A stretch of DNA of 64,000 nucleotides from contig JBMYOQ010000002.1 in assembly GCA_049599475.1 (NCBI GenBank), forward strand, positions 64,001-128,000, given 5' to 3'. The notes under the pieces are model-generated. The model ran no database searches. It was not told the origin of the DNA and worked only from the letters and a program-made list of their open reading frames with translations. This document shows, in pieces, positions 39,402 through 50,300 of the stretch. The stretch comes from Opitutales bacterium. Its GTDB lineage: Bacteria > Verrucomicrobiota > Verrucomicrobiia > Opitutales > JABSRG01. The position numbers and the translations under genes were made by a program. Position 1 is the stretch's first letter, and each line of letters starts with the position of its first letter.

Positions 39402-41456
39402 TTATTCGTCGACTACTATGCGTAGGAATTGATTGGGCTGCGAGTCGAAGTTGATATCTGAGCGTAGTTGAATATTTTCGGTGCCATCTCCATTGGCTGT
39501 GGCAGGCGCTATTTGAGTCGTTTGCGCTGGAGACCAGGTCGCAAGGTTCGAAGAGGTCTCTATGTTGTAGAAAAAAGTATCCTCTGCATCGGTACGATAG
39601 CTATATTGAATACTCGGAGCGTGTGCGTCGACTCCTGGAATAATCCCGAGGTTCTCATCGGGCGTATTCGGATCCAGGCCGAAATAATATTCGAGCTCAT
39701 TACTCAGCTGGTCTTGATCCAGGTCATCTTTGCGCGGTTCATCTTCGATCCCGTAAGTGGAAGACCACGCTTCGTAAGGAGTCAAGGGGCGCGTCGCCAG
39801 AATGGCGACTTCTGCCGCGGAGAGGCTGCGGCCATAGATGCGGTAGTCGTCAATCTTTCCTCGATAGGAATTGGCGCCGCTTAACGAAGAGCCGATAGTC
39901 CATGTGTTGATGCCGGACATACTGTGAGTGGCTCCGTTTTGCGTCTCCACGAGGGTTCCGTTTTTATACAACTTACTCTCTCCCGTGCTTGTGTTTGAGG
40001 TAAATGCCCAGTGCGTCCATTTATAAACGTCGGATGCGTTAGCGTGGTATAGAGTAGTGTTTCCGCTATCCCCACCCGCGGTGAATATGACTTGGTCATC
40101 GTTTTGTGGCAGAGTGATCTTAGTTACAGTCTGACCTCCGCTAGTTTCAGCTTCAGTGATTACAAAATCAGCGATTGCGCGCGTAATATCGCCATAGCTC
40201 CAGAAGGTCACTGTAAGCTCTTGATCAACACTGGTCAGTGCAGCGCTGGGCACAGTGAGGCTTCCTGTGATTGTAGGGCCTCCGAAGTCCAAGGCCCCAC
40301 CCATATATCCTTTGGACCACGATCCTCCTGTTAGGGTTGCATCCATCGCGTTTCCAGAGGCATCGGTGATGTTGGTTCCGGAATTTTCGTTGAATTTATA
40401 CCATACAAGTAAATCGCTAATAGATGGTTCTACTCGAATGGATACAGTGGATTTATATCCGTCGGTCTGGCCGTTGTTTGCTGTGAAGGTAAAGCTATCG
40501 TAGCCGGTAAACCCACTGGCTGGTTGGTAGGTAAATGAACCGTCCGCGTTTAAGGTGAATTGGGCTGCGTTACTTGGTCCCTTGACGAGAACTGCGCTCA
40601 GGGGTAGGCCGTTTTTGTCGAAGGCTGTGGAGAGCACGCCGGGTGCGGCTACCTGGGTCGATTCAGGATACTGAATGGCTACATATTGCTGGTCGAAGGT
40701 TGCGGGTTTGTTGTCATTTATCAGCTGGATAGCTTTCCGCGCAAAACGTTCTCCTAGCAAGGTGTAGTTGTTGTCGGGGCCTTCGTTGTAGTGCACGCGA
40801 TTTTCTAACTCCCCGTTGTTGATGACGTTATTTAAATCGTCGGTATTTACCCACTCGAAATAGTGGGAGTGCTCAGCCATGCTGGACTGAATTTTACGCA
40901 CCTCGTCGACATAAAGATAGGTGTCCAGTTTTACGCCGATGTCGGTAATCCGACCAATCACAATATTGATGTGATCGATTCCCATATCGTTTTTCAGCTG
41001 GCCAACGAGAGTGTGGAATGCGTGGTCGTAGAACACATATTTCTCATTACGTGTATTCGCTTCGCCCTGCATCCATATGAAAGTCACCTCCGGGTCGTTG
41101 AGACTATTGTAGCCTTGAGTAGCGTCTTTCTGCAGCCAACCGCCATAAAGCGAATCTAGGCCCCCTGGCGCATCCATACTTTCGTAGGGCCAGGTCTCCA
41201 GCCAGTTAAAGATCGATTGACCGTTTTTTCCCCGGAGTTTGAAAACCTTATTCTGTCCGGGAAAGGCTTCCTGGATCATCGGTTTGAAGACAGAGTCATA
41301 GGCGCCGCTCTTGTCGAATCGAGCCATGTTGGATTGACCGGAGAGAAGGAAGAGGTGTTCGGCTTGTAAGTTACTACAGATGGGTGTGCTTATGAGTAAG
41401 CACGGCCAAAATGTACGCATACATCGAGCCATTCGGTAAAGTGCTGATTGGTGCAT
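39402..41456 (-). CDS. SGNH (SASA/CE6-like) O-acetylesterase with Ig-like, LamG and shared C-terminal domains; paralog of 30039
   Basis: LSGQSNM, WMQGEAN, WVNTDDLNN, RVHYNEG; ends YNIETSSNLATW...FLRIVV. Confidence 0.85.
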   Translation of the reverse strand: MHQSALYRMARCMRTFWPCLLISTPICSNLQAEHLFLLSGQSNMARFDKSGAYDSVFKPMIQEAFPGQNKVFKLRGKNGQSIFNWLETWPYESMDAPGGLDSLYGGWLQKDATQGYNSLNDPEVTFIWMQGEANTRNEKYVFYDHAFHTLVGQLKNDMGIDHINIVIGRITDIGVKLDTYLYVDEVRKIQSSMAEHSHYFEWVNTDDLNNVINNGELENRVHYNEGPDNNYTLLGERFARKAIQLINDNKPATFDQQYVAIQYPESTQVAAPGVLSTAFDKNGLPLSAVLVKGPSNAAQFTLNADGSFTYQPASGFTGYDSFTFTANNGQTDGYKSTVSIRVEPSISDLLVWYKFNENSGTNITDASGNAMDATLTGGSWSKGYMGGALDFGGPTITGSLTVPSAALTSVDQELTVTFWSYGDITRAIADFVITEAETSGGQTVTKITLPQNDDQVIFTAGGDSGNTTLYHANASDVYKWTHWAFTSNTSTGESKLYKNGTLVETQNGATHSMSGINTWTIGSSLSGANSYRGKIDDYRIYGRSLSAAEVAILATRPLTPYEAWSSTYGIEDEPRKDDLDQDQLSNELEYYFGLDPNTPDENLGIIPGVDAHAPSIQYSYRTDAEDTFFYNIETSSNLATWSPAQTTQIAPATANGDGTENIQLRSDINFDSQPNQFLRIVVDE

Positions 41457-41579
41457 AGGCGGGGGGAGATGGGGAGGGTAAGCTTAAAGTTTATAAACAA
41501 TACTTTAACAAAGTCCATTCGCTAAAAGGATGAGCTTTCAGAGGCAATTTGTGAGAATCGCCCCTGAAGCATACGTTAT

Positions 41580-41628
41580 TTTATAAAATACACTAAAAAA
41601 CTCAGCTAAATTTAGTATACACAATAAA
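41580..41628. promoter_or_regulatory. Paired TTTA-N10-TAAA operator candidates
   Basis: TTTATAAAATACACTAAA (41580) and TTTAGTATACACAATAAA (41611), 31 bp apart. Confidence 0.6.
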
Positions 41629-41686
41629 CAAAGCATGGAGGACACTAGAACCCATCTACAACCCTCACTAGCCCCCGTTACTCTCT

Positions 41687-43492
41687 ATGAAAAATATCCC
41701 CTGTACCCGCGTGGATGTAATTCGCGCGTACGTGTTGACTGCTCTGCGTCTGCTGGCATTGGTTTGCCTCGTCTCTCGGGCTCTATACTCTGTCGACCTA
41801 TATCCCACTCTTGAGGTGACCCGTCTCGGAGGTGGGGAGGCGCCGATTATCGATAAGCAGAGTTTTATCGATGCGGGGTTGCCGGAAGGAGGTGACAATA
41901 TTAATGGACCGACCTGTATTCGAGTTCCTGACTGGGTTGCTGTCGAAGACCGCGCACACCCGACTGCTCAGTATTATTTGTATTTCGCGAGCCATGCTGG
42001 GAATGCCTATTTTATACCGATGGCTTGGGCTGCGAAGATAGAGGGCCCATGGACCTTGTTTAATGCGGGCATTAATGATGACCCGCGGGTGGCGGGGACG
42101 GGGGTTCTCGATATGGGTGATTCTAAGCTACAAGCAAATGGTAAGCCCCAATTTTATCCACATGGTGGAGCTGAAGCTCGGTTTAAGAGCAATATAGCTT
42201 CACCGGATATCGTGATCGATCACGTGAATCAGCAGTTCATTTTATTTTTTCATAGCCCGACTGAAAAAAATAAGGGGTCAAAGCACGGGTTTACAACGGG
42301 TGGGCAGAAGACAGGTGTGGCTACGTCTGCTACCGGGCTGAATTTTAATATGCCCAATGAGCACGTAGTGCAATTTGGAGATGGAAATGATCCCGATAAT
42401 CCGGAACACGTACAGATGGGGCTTGAGGTGACGGGCGGTGTGGGTGGCGGAGAGCCCGGGCACGGCGTAAAGAACGCGCAGCTCGGAAATGCGTATTTTA
42501 GAGTATTCCAATACAATGGGGAGATGTATGCATTTTCCAATTACGGAAGATTGTGGAAATCACCAAGTGCTTCAGAGCCTTGGTTGACAAGCAATCCGCG
42601 CAAAGACGCTTGGGATGAGGCGATAGCTGCCGAAAATGCGACGACCAGCGAGGCGGCGGGTGATCCTCGCTTAGGGAATCCCATCTACAAGGACCTTACG
42701 GAAGCCTATATGGAACGGAATCCGTGGGTCACTGGGGTGAGTTCTGGAAATGTCGATCCTAGGCGCAATTTTGCGGGTAGGACGGGTTTTGAAGGTTACG
42801 ACGCAGAGGGTAACCCGATTCCCAAGTTCAATGGAAACCACGGAGCTCCACGCCACTTTGCGACTCTCCTGCAGGAAGATGGGCATACGCTTGAGGTCTG
42901 GTATACCAGTCGGGGTGATGCGCCCGAACGTATTTTCCGAACGACCATGGATCTCAGCCAAGGTGATTGGGAATCATGGCAGACCGTTGTCTCTGATGAC
43001 GATTATATCCACGACATGATGTTGACTCCCGAGCGAGATTGGGAAGGCGCTGACTTGCCCGTAACTGGAGGTTCTAACGGGCAATCGGGAGAGGCCCATG
43101 CATTTAGAGATCCACAGTTGTTCAGGGATGATGATGGGCAAGTGTATCTTTTTTACACGGCGCGTGGTGAGACAAATATCGGTGTCGCTCGCGTTCATCC
43201 GAGAGATACGGATGGGGACGGGTCTAGTGACGATGATGAGAGCGTCTCGGGTACCGATTTGAATGATCCGCAGTCGATCTTTAGAATCAGTGAAGTCATT
43301 GATGGTGGTTCTTATGTGACTGTCCGTTGGCCGAGTGTCAGTGGGCGTATGTATGCTCTAGAGACCTCTAATGACGTGAGACAATGGAGCGAGGTCGCAT
43401 CTGGAATCGCTGCGCAACCTCCGTATAACGAATATCAACTACCCAAGAGCTCTGTGAATATCTATTACCGTGTGTTGGTGACTTTTCCCTAG
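41687..43492 (+). CDS. Secreted putative beta-propeller glycoside-hydrolase-like protein (family A, copy 1) with shared C-terminal domain
   Basis: INGPTCIRVPDW, YYLYFASH, IASPD, GNAYFRVF, RHF, APERI, FRDPQLF...GVARV. Confidence 0.7.
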   Translation: MKNIPCTRVDVIRAYVLTALRLLALVCLVSRALYSVDLYPTLEVTRLGGGEAPIIDKQSFIDAGLPEGGDNINGPTCIRVPDWVAVEDRAHPTAQYYLYFASHAGNAYFIPMAWAAKIEGPWTLFNAGINDDPRVAGTGVLDMGDSKLQANGKPQFYPHGGAEARFKSNIASPDIVIDHVNQQFILFFHSPTEKNKGSKHGFTTGGQKTGVATSATGLNFNMPNEHVVQFGDGNDPDNPEHVQMGLEVTGGVGGGEPGHGVKNAQLGNAYFRVFQYNGEMYAFSNYGRLWKSPSASEPWLTSNPRKDAWDEAIAAENATTSEAAGDPRLGNPIYKDLTEAYMERNPWVTGVSSGNVDPRRNFAGRTGFEGYDAEGNPIPKFNGNHGAPRHFATLLQEDGHTLEVWYTSRGDAPERIFRTTMDLSQGDWESWQTVVSDDDYIHDMMLTPERDWEGADLPVTGGSNGQSGEAHAFRDPQLFRDDDGQVYLFYTARGETNIGVARVHPRDTDGDGSSDDDESVSGTDLNDPQSIFRISEVIDGGSYVTVRWPSVSGRMYALETSNDVRQWSEVASGIAAQPPYNEYQLPKSSVNIYYRVLVTFP

Positions 43493-43503
43493 CATTGCGC
43501 AAA

Positions 43504-43552
43504 TTTAGTATTTCTAATAAAAAAATCAGAATAATTTAGTATAGAAAATAAA
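43504..43552. promoter_or_regulatory. Paired TTTA-N10-TAAA operator candidates
   Basis: TTTAGTATTTCTAATAAA (43504) and TTTAGTATAGAAAATAAA (43535), 31 bp apart. Confidence 0.6.
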
Positions 43553-43867
43553 TTTAAAGTTAGGATTATGGGGATGACTTCTTAGAAGTGCTCCCCTCAA
43601 TGATATTCTTACCCTGTACCCGTATTTCCGCCCATTATAGGCGGTACCTCATTCTTTGTTCGCCCAAGAAGACTGGGCGGTATGTGCCTGCACAGATTAG
43701 ACTGTTGGATTCGTATCTAGGGGAATTATTTGCATCCCGAAGGGACTCTCACCAAGGTGCAGATCTTGTTTTTTCGGCTCGTTTCCGAAGGGGAAAAACA
43801 AGCACGTCAGCTGCGTTAATCGCATCGGTCGGAGATCTTAAATCGAGGGATCTTTGGGCGCCTTCCA

Positions 43868-45666
43868 ATGCGTGAACAAACTTTTGAGTGTATGAAAATT
43901 AATAGACGAAACATGTCTCAAGCCCTAGTTCTGTGTGTCCTGGGGATATCTGTATCTCTGTTGGCTGGCGACCTTTTGGGGCAGAGGCCAGGGCCGGATC
44001 CTGTGACGCTTGTTACCCCGCAGGCATTAAACAAGACGCTGAGCGTAACACGTCTGAATGGGAACCAACCGATTATCCACGGGCAGATGTTTTTGGATAT
44101 CGATCCGACCCTGACGCATGAAGCGGGGAATATTAATGGGCCGAGTCTCGTGCGTTTACCCGACTGGCTGCCTGTTGAACAAAGAGCTGATCCGAGCGCA
44201 CAATACTATCTCTATTTTGCAAGCCACTCGGACGTATATATCCGAATGGCTTGGGCGGCGGATATTGAGGGCCCCTATACGCTCTACAATACACATGCGG
44301 ATCCCTTGCTCGACGATGGTATGCCGGGACGTGGAGTATTGGATTTGATCGATAAGGATGAGCGGATTACCTTTGGTGTCCCAAAATATGCAGTAGGGGG
44401 ACTGTGGCGTCTCCGGATGTGCATATTGATCATGAGAATCAACAGTTTCTCATGTATGTCCACATGGGTTCCACAAAGTCGACTGGTTACGATAGTGGAT
44501 ATTTCAATACAGGAGGGCAAAAGAGTATGATCGCTACATCGGCATCGGGTCTAAATTTCAACCAGCCCGATGACGGCAGTGGAGGCGGAGGCGTCATGGG
44601 TGGTGAATCCGGGCATGGCTTGCGCCCCGCGTATTTGGGGAATGCGTATTTTAAAGTCTTTGAGGTCGAGTCGGGATCGAATGCGGGCCTGTATGCATTT
44701 TCGAATTATGGCCCGGTTTGGAAGGGGCCTGCATCGGGTATTCCGTGGGACACGAGTAATGTCGTCATCGATCGCAAAGTTTATGATTCCTGGACAGAAG
44801 GTCCGAAGATAGAAAGCCCGGTGTATCAGGATTTGAGAGATCACTATATACAGGACCTCTTAGATGCTGCGGATCTCGCAGGGGTTACCGATTTTACGAA
44901 TTTCGGATATAGCGAAATGGTGGCGGCGCGCGGAGAGCCCCGTGTGAGAACGCGGACGGGTAACCTAAATTGGGATGCCAATAATGAGGTGTGGAAGGAG
45001 CAAGATGGAGGTTCCCCGAGGCACTTTGGAGTATTGATGCAGGAAGACGGCAAGACGCTTGAAGTGTGGTATACGTCCCGAGGGGATAGCCCAGAGCGCG
45101 TTTTCCGGACGACGATCGATACGAGCCAAAATACCTGGGATACTTGGGATGCGGTCGTCACCGATGCCGACACTGTTCACGATGAAATGCTGCGTGCTGT
45201 CTATGATTGGGAGGGTGGAGATCTGAGCCCTACCACAGGGTCTAATGGTCAATCTAATGGGCTCGCCAATGCGATCCGCGATCCCGACCTTTTTCAGGAC
45301 GAAGATGGCAAAGTATATTTGCTCTATGTGGGAGGCGGGGAGAGCGCTATCGGGATCGCTCGTGTATTTCCCACAGATTCCGATAAAGACGGCTCTTCAG
45401 ATGACGACGAAGCTGTAGCGGGCACCGACCCACATGATTCAGAAGACACATTGAAAATTTCAAATTTAAGCATCTCAAATGGCGTCGCGACCCTCGACTG
45501 GCCCAGTGTGGTCGACCGCACCTACGGCATCGAGCAATCCACGGATATGCAGGTATGGACACCCGTTACTTCGGATATCTCGGCCCAGCCGCCAATGAAC
45601 TCACAGAATGTTCCTGTGGCAGATGCTGGGCTCTTTTTCCGCCTGTCGGTAGAGCATACACCGTAA
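43868..45666 (+). pseudogene. Family A propeller protein (copy 2) split by a 1-nt frameshift near 44396-44403
   Basis: ORF 43868 matches the paralog N-termini up to GRGVLDL...KYAVGG; homology resumes at VASPD in the 44404 frame. Confidence 0.8.
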
Positions 45667-45700
45667 GAGGGTTTAGGGCCTAATTTAAGAACAATCGATT

Positions 45701-47035
45701 ATGCTAAATTTCAAAATCTCGAAAAAACTCCTGAAATCTGCGCTCTTCATGGGGGTGGTTTTTTCGAGTATCGCGGCGAAGGCCGCAACGACGATGTCGC
45801 CAAACTTGAGCGTCATGCGCCTCAATAATGGCGAGCCGATCATTACCAAGGATATGTTCTTGGCTATAGATCCAGGCTTGGAATACCAGGGGAAGAATAT
45901 AAACGGGCCCTGCATGGTCCGCATCCCGGATTGGGTCGCGTCAAAGGACCGTGCGCACCCTTCAGCGATTTACTACCTATACTTTGCGCACCATGGAGAT
46001 GGCTTTATCCGCATGGCGTGGGCGCAGAATATTGAAGGCCCATACACCTTATATAATACACATACCAATGAAAAAGACCTGCAAAATGGCGACACACAAA
46101 ACGGCCGTGGAGTCCTGGATTTGGGGACCAAGCTGCAGAAATCAGGGAAGCCTGAAATGGTATTCAAGGGTCGGTTTAAAATTAAGAATAATATCGCGTC
46201 ACCGGATGTCATATTGGACCATAAAAACAAGCAATTCATCATGTTCTTTCATGGGCACGCCGCGAAGCCCACGTATGACTCAAGTGTAGCCAATACTGGT
46301 AAGCAGAAGAGTTTTGTCGCGACTTCACGAACGGGTCTAAATTTTAATATGCCTGATGATAACCCTGCAAATGCGGGAGGCGTGAACGGTGGTGAATCAG
46401 GACATGGAATACGTGTGGCCCATTTGGGAAATGCCTACTTCAGGACTTTTCAATATGATGGGGAACTGTATGCATTTTCAAATTACGGACCCGTTTGGAA
46501 GGCTCCTAGTTTGGAAAAGCCCTGGGACACTTCGCATATCAAAAATATCAATGATGATGTGTGGACTGAGATGGCCGATAAGAAAGAAAACCCTATCGCA
46601 CGTGCCGTAAAGCCCTACAAAATGAAGCACCGGGAGAGTCCCATTGCAGGGTTCAATAGAGGTGGGTTTCAAAGTGCGCGACATTTTGCTACCTTATTGC
46701 AAGGGGATAATAAGACACTCGAAGTCTGGTACACGGCGCGTGGAGATAGACCTGAACGGATTTTCCGGACAACAATAGATCTTAGCCAAAATGATTGGAA
46801 TTCTTGGGAAACCTCTATTCATGATCTAAAGGACATTCACCAAGAGATGCTCCGGCCTGAACTCGAATGGGAAGGCGCAAACCAACCCCTAGCCGCAGGA
46901 AAGAACGGTCAAACAGGTTTTATGAATGCTATGCGTGATCCTGACTTATTTCGAGATGCCGATGGGCAAGTTTACCTCTTTTACGTGGGTGGGGGAGAAA
47001 GCGCTATCGGTATCGCTCGAGTGAACGGGTTCTGA
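45701..47035 (+). CDS. Family A propeller protein (copy 3), lacking the C-terminal appended domain
   Basis: Signal peptide, INGPCMVRIPDW, IASPD, MRDPDLF...IGIARV then stop. Confidence 0.75.
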   Translation: MLNFKISKKLLKSALFMGVVFSSIAAKAATTMSPNLSVMRLNNGEPIITKDMFLAIDPGLEYQGKNINGPCMVRIPDWVASKDRAHPSAIYYLYFAHHGDGFIRMAWAQNIEGPYTLYNTHTNEKDLQNGDTQNGRGVLDLGTKLQKSGKPEMVFKGRFKIKNNIASPDVILDHKNKQFIMFFHGHAAKPTYDSSVANTGKQKSFVATSRTGLNFNMPDDNPANAGGVNGGESGHGIRVAHLGNAYFRTFQYDGELYAFSNYGPVWKAPSLEKPWDTSHIKNINDDVWTEMADKKENPIARAVKPYKMKHRESPIAGFNRGGFQSARHFATLLQGDNKTLEVWYTARGDRPERIFRTTIDLSQNDWNSWETSIHDLKDIHQEMLRPELEWEGANQPLAAGKNGQTGFMNAMRDPDLFRDADGQVYLFYVGGGESAIGIARVNGF

Positions 47036-47280
47036 TCCCCGGGGATATGGGGTCCGGGGGAGTTTATGTCTTTGGTAATAGAATCCCTTTGCTGAGTTAT
47101 GACTTGGATGCGCGAGATGTTTCTCCACAGATTATAAGGATGAACGCAGATTTTATTGGGTCGTTGAAGTAGAATTCTCGAGCTCAGAAAGAGCGGTTTA
47201 AATGAGCTTAGGTTTTGTTGCCGGGCTTATGTTTCTGGAAAGAGCTGAATAACGGGGGGCGTTAATGAATGTTTGTTCTC

Positions 47281-47328
47281 ATTAGTTTTTACAGTAAATT
47301 AATAAGTGTGTTTAGTAGGACTAATGAA
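47281..47328. promoter_or_regulatory. Degenerate paired operator candidates
   Basis: ATTAGTTTTTACAGTAAA (47281) and TTTAGTAGGACTAATGAA (47311), 30 bp apart. Confidence 0.45.
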
Positions 47329-47382
47329 ACTTTTCATGTAGGGTGAAATCTTCCCAACCCCCAACCCCCCCCCCTGAAAAGC

Positions 47383-50300
47383 ATGTCTTGCCCTTGGCTT
47401 CCCCTTGGTTTACCCAGCGCGCGTTCGCGTACCCACTCTAGACTCGTCCTTGCGACTTCGACTCTTCTCTTCAGACTAATCACCCTCCTGCTCCTGCCTG
47501 CGACCCTGCTGAAGGCTGAGATGGGGCATATGGAACACGGGGCCCACATGGAGCATGCGGCCCCGATGGATCAGATGGATCACAGCCATCATGATACCGG
47601 GATGCATGATAATGCGCACGCGAGTATCTTGCTGCAAGTCTCTCATGATAAGGCTACGGTGACTTCGGCCGGTAGCGGGAATTGGTTCGAAGACTCTACC
47701 TGGCATGGAGGCGTTCCTGGAGATGGGGCCCGTGTTGTCATCGGTTCTGAGCATACGGTTACCTTGAATGGTGTCTCGGACGCCAAGCTGATTACTTTGA
47801 GGGTCGACGGACACTTAGTGTTCGCAACGGATCAGAATACGCAGCTGATCGTCGATACAATGGTGGTCGGCGAACACGGTAGCCTCACTGTGGGTACGAA
47901 CGCGAATCCGGTCCCTGCAAACTTGACGGCGAAAATTATTCTGGAAGCGTACAATGGCTTGGGCTTTGAGACGGAGGATCATATGTCTGATGATTTCGAC
48001 CCCTTCCAGGTCGGCTTGGGCCTTATAAGTTTCGGGCGTGTGGAGATGCATGGTGCCAACAAGCTACATGGGGGTACCTTAAATGTGGAACCTTCCGTGG
48101 ATGATTTGACTATTAAGTTGGATGAAAAAGGCAAAGGCTGGAGGGTTGGTGATACCATCGCCATTGCAGGCACGAACCGAGACGGCCTTCAAGATGAGGT
48201 AAGGGAGATAACTGCGATCAAAGGTAGAAAGCGTGAGATCCATTTTGAAGGTGAGTTGCTCTACAACCACCACACTCCGACGTATGATAAAGCGCGGATA
48301 AGTAAGCGAGAATTAGAATTGAAAGTACATGCGATAAATCTCACACGTAATGTCTCTATCGAGACACCGGAGGCATATCGTTCTCCATTTCCGGATGTTT
48401 TCATCAAGATGGACGATAGACATCCGTTTAAGCGCTATGAGCGTCGCGCTCATGTCATGTTCATGCATACGAACGATGTGGATATCCGGTATGTTGGGTT
48501 CTACGGACTGGGCCGGACGAATAAAATCGTTCGCAACGACGGTACAGCAGTAAATGAGGATGGCACCTATTACATCGGGTTGAATCCTATTGGGCGCTAT
48601 TCCATGCACTTTCACCAAGCCGGATGGGGACCCGAGTCTGTTGATACACCGCCTGCTCGTATCGAGGGCTGTGCGCTAATAGATTCGCCGGGTTGGGGCT
48701 ATGTTAACCACAGCAGCCACGTCGGATTTTATCGAAATGTTGCACATGGGGCGAGAGCCGCAGCGTTTGTTACGGAAGCTGGCGATGAGCTAGGCGAGTT
48801 TATTGAAAATATATCGATACGGAATGATATCGATGAAGAGCACGGTAGCGGTGATCTGCGTTTTCAAAATCGGAAAAAGAGAGATGAGTTCGCATTCGGA
48901 GGGCATGGTTTCTGGTTTCAAGGGATCAATATAACTGCCATTGATAACGTCGCATCCGGTTGTGGTCGTGAAGGTATGACACTTTATCCCTTACCACTGC
49001 CAGGTAAGCTGAGAGGTGCTTTCCCCATGGCGCGCGTCGATACCGAGAATCGAAATTATGCAAAATTTGGAGATGCATTGGGAGCCGGATCAGTGCCTGT
49101 CCGCGAATTTCGAGGCAATATTGTCTATGGCTCGAATATCGCACTTATGCTGGGCGAGCATAGGCCCGTAGATTATTCGCATGTGGATAAGTTTCTCGGG
49201 TGGTCAGTCAGAATGGGCCTGAGTTCCAATTATTCTGCTGCCATTAAATATCGAGATATTACCTTGATTGGGGATGTTGCATTTCCTGAAGGCTTGGCCT
49301 CATTCGCGCATCACGGGACAGGTGACGTACAGTTTCTGAACCCTCACATCGAGGGGTTTTCTTTGGGAATTCAGATTCCACGAAGCGGGTTTAGTGGAGC
49401 AAATCGCACGACCGATGATGAAGAGTCAGAAGCTGGCGATGGAGAGTTTGACAGTGGGAATTTCGCTACGGCTTTCCAATACAGCCTGATTGAGAATGGT
49501 TTTTTCAATAACTACATCAATTTACACTACGCACTTGCGCGTGGAAAACTCCCATTGCTTGTCGATATTATTAAACCAGAGTTTGGAGACCTTACACGAG
49601 ATGTGGAGACCCTTCCACAAGGTACCGAGGCAGAAATTGAGTATTACAATACTATCAAAAAGGCCCAGGCTCGTGGCCTCGCGGCGCTAGCGGAAATTCA
49701 CCAAGAAAATGATTTTGATATCGATGCCAGTGAGAAAGACAGCAATGGCTTTGGGGAGCTGATGGATTTGGTGAGGAAGGAGGATACTTATGATGACCCT
49801 AATCCGAGGCCAATCACCCGGCCGTATAATTATCTCTTCCATGATGTGTCGAATCCTCACGCGAGAACGGGGACCAAGATCCATTTACGCGATAATTCCT
49901 TAGCTTACCGATTTTTTGTAACGGAGGCGGACGGCCGTCGATACCAACTATTTATTGAAGATGTGCAAAGACGGGAGCATATACCGTATAAGAAAATATG
50001 GAAAGATGAATACAAAGGGAATCCTGAATACGAGATAGATGGAAAGCCCGATTACAGCACTTACTTCCCAGAGGAGTATGTGGAGAAAAATGACGACAAA
50101 CGTGAAAAAATGATCTCTAAGCGGGATAGAGAGTATCATGCTAAGGCTCCGGAGGGTATCTTGGATTGGACCCCGGAGGAGCTATTTGCGAGTCTCACGC
50201 CCGAAGAACAAGCGACGTATCAGGACGATTATGATGCAGAGGATAAGACACCTTTTGTCGAAAAGGTTTATAAAAACCTCTATAATCTGAAGAAAGGTGC

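Noticed and set aside
44390..44410. Programmed ribosomal frameshift
   Set aside because: No canonical slippery heptamer or stimulatory structure was seen, and three paralogs are continuous at this point
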